A DNA stretch of 15,591 bases from assembly GCA_049517415.1 (NCBI GenBank), contig JBEKSC010000039.1, positions 1 to 15,591 on the forward strand. The letters run 5' to 3'. This document shows positions 14,889 to 15,591 of the stretch, in pieces. The position numbers and the translations under genes were made by a program. How positions within the stretch are numbered: the stretch's first letter is position 1; the number at the start of each line of letters is the position of its first letter. The stretch is from Candidatus Bathyarchaeia archaeon (GTDB taxonomy: Archaea; Thermoproteota; Bathyarchaeia; 40CM-2-53-6). The notes under the pieces are model-generated. The model had not been told where the DNA came from and ran no database searches. It worked only from the letters and a program-made list of their open reading frames with translations.

Positions 14889-15591
14889 ATGCTTTCAACC
14901 AAACCTGTGGCGATCGTGGTTATTGGAATAGTATTCATATCGTTACTGACGCTCGCTTATGCGCTCCCAACGCCACAACTAGCACCTAGAATTCGAGTTG
15001 GACCTTCCACTAGCGCTAATTGGAGCGGATACGCCGTCACGGGCTCTAAGGACTCCGTAAGCGATGTAAAAGCATCATGGGTTGTCCCAGCCATTCAAGG
15101 GACCTGCCCATCAACCAATCAGTATGCAGCTTTCTGGGTTGGAATCGACGGCTACAGTTCAAACACTGTTGAGCAGACTGGTACATCCTCGGACTGCCAA
15201 AATGGATCGCCTGCGTACTATGCGTGGTATGAGTTCTACCCGAAGGCATCGGTCACAATCGCCTCAGTTCCGATTGCGCCAAACGACAAAATCTCCGCGG
15301 AAGTGAACTATACTGGCGGGGCATTCACTATCACAATCTCTGATCTTACCACGAGTAAGACCTTTAGTAGTTCAGCTAAGTTGAACGAGGCTAAGCGGTC
15401 TTCAGCCGAATGGATCGCAGAGGCACCCTCTTCCGGTCGAGTTCTGCCTCTGGCCGATTTCGTAACAGTCACTTTCGGCTACGACAACACTAACGTCAAA
15501 TCAACCTGCTATGCTACAGTGAGCGGAGTCACCGGGCCAATCGGATCTTTCGGTTCATCTGTTCAAACGATCACCATGGTAACCCGATCAT
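14889..15591 (+). CDS. Secreted G1-family glutamic peptidase (eqolisin), truncated by the right edge; not in the ORF track
   Basis: Signal peptide MLSTKPVAIVVIGIVF..., then SANWSGYAV, FWVGIDG, VEQTG (catalytic Gln), YYAWYEFYP, SSAEWIAEAP (catalytic Glu) and LADF. Confidence 0.93.
   Translation, partial: MLSTKPVAIVVIGIVFISLLTLAYALPTPQLAPRIRVGPSTSANWSGYAVTGSKDSVSDVKASWVVPAIQGTCPSTNQYAAFWVGIDGYSSNTVEQTGTSSDCQNGSPAYYAWYEFYPKASVTIASVPIAPNDKISAEVNYTGGAFTITISDLTTSKTFSSSAKLNEAKRSSAEWIAEAPSSGRVLPLADFVTVTFGYDNTNVKSTCYATVSGVTGPIGSFGSSVQTITMVTRS

Noticed and set aside
15046..15306. Short ORFs listed here and other antisense or off-frame ORFs inside the main genes
   Set aside because: They are shadows of well-supported genes such as the G1 peptidase and have no recognisable motifs.
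1..15591. Transposase, integrase or reverse transcriptase gene
   Set aside because: No ORF shows DDE, tyrosine/serine recombinase, HUH or RT motifs. Any enzyme acting on the repeats must be encoded elsewhere.

Overview
This is an archaeal accessory region, most likely from Bathyarchaeia, judged by the TBP N-terminus at the left edge, TATA/GGTGA-type signals and gene content. The left half (1-7.2 kb) holds functionally unrelated genes: a partial TBP, a cell-surface protein, a DEAD-box helicase, a CBS/Zn-ribbon protein, a membrane protein and a GT2, followed by an LLM oxidoreductase. Most spacers between them carry members of one modular repeat family. Its core reads like a tRNA 3' end with exact spacing (GG-TTCAAWT-N5-TGCTCGC-A-CCA). 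It is joined to a (CA)n arm, a (GAC)n spacer and a cGAAg hairpin, and occurs in both orientations, including one exact 95-bp direct repeat. No recombinase is encoded in the window. The best reading, which is inference, is a recombination-site-delimited gene cassette or accretion array. The right half (8.5-14.8 kb) is a surface-glycan cluster (Anp1/Mnn9-like GT, ALG11-like GT4, PIG-L deacetylase, Stealth phosphotransferase, two methyltransferases), followed by a partial secreted G1 glutamic peptidase. All alignments were done by eye and no searches were run.
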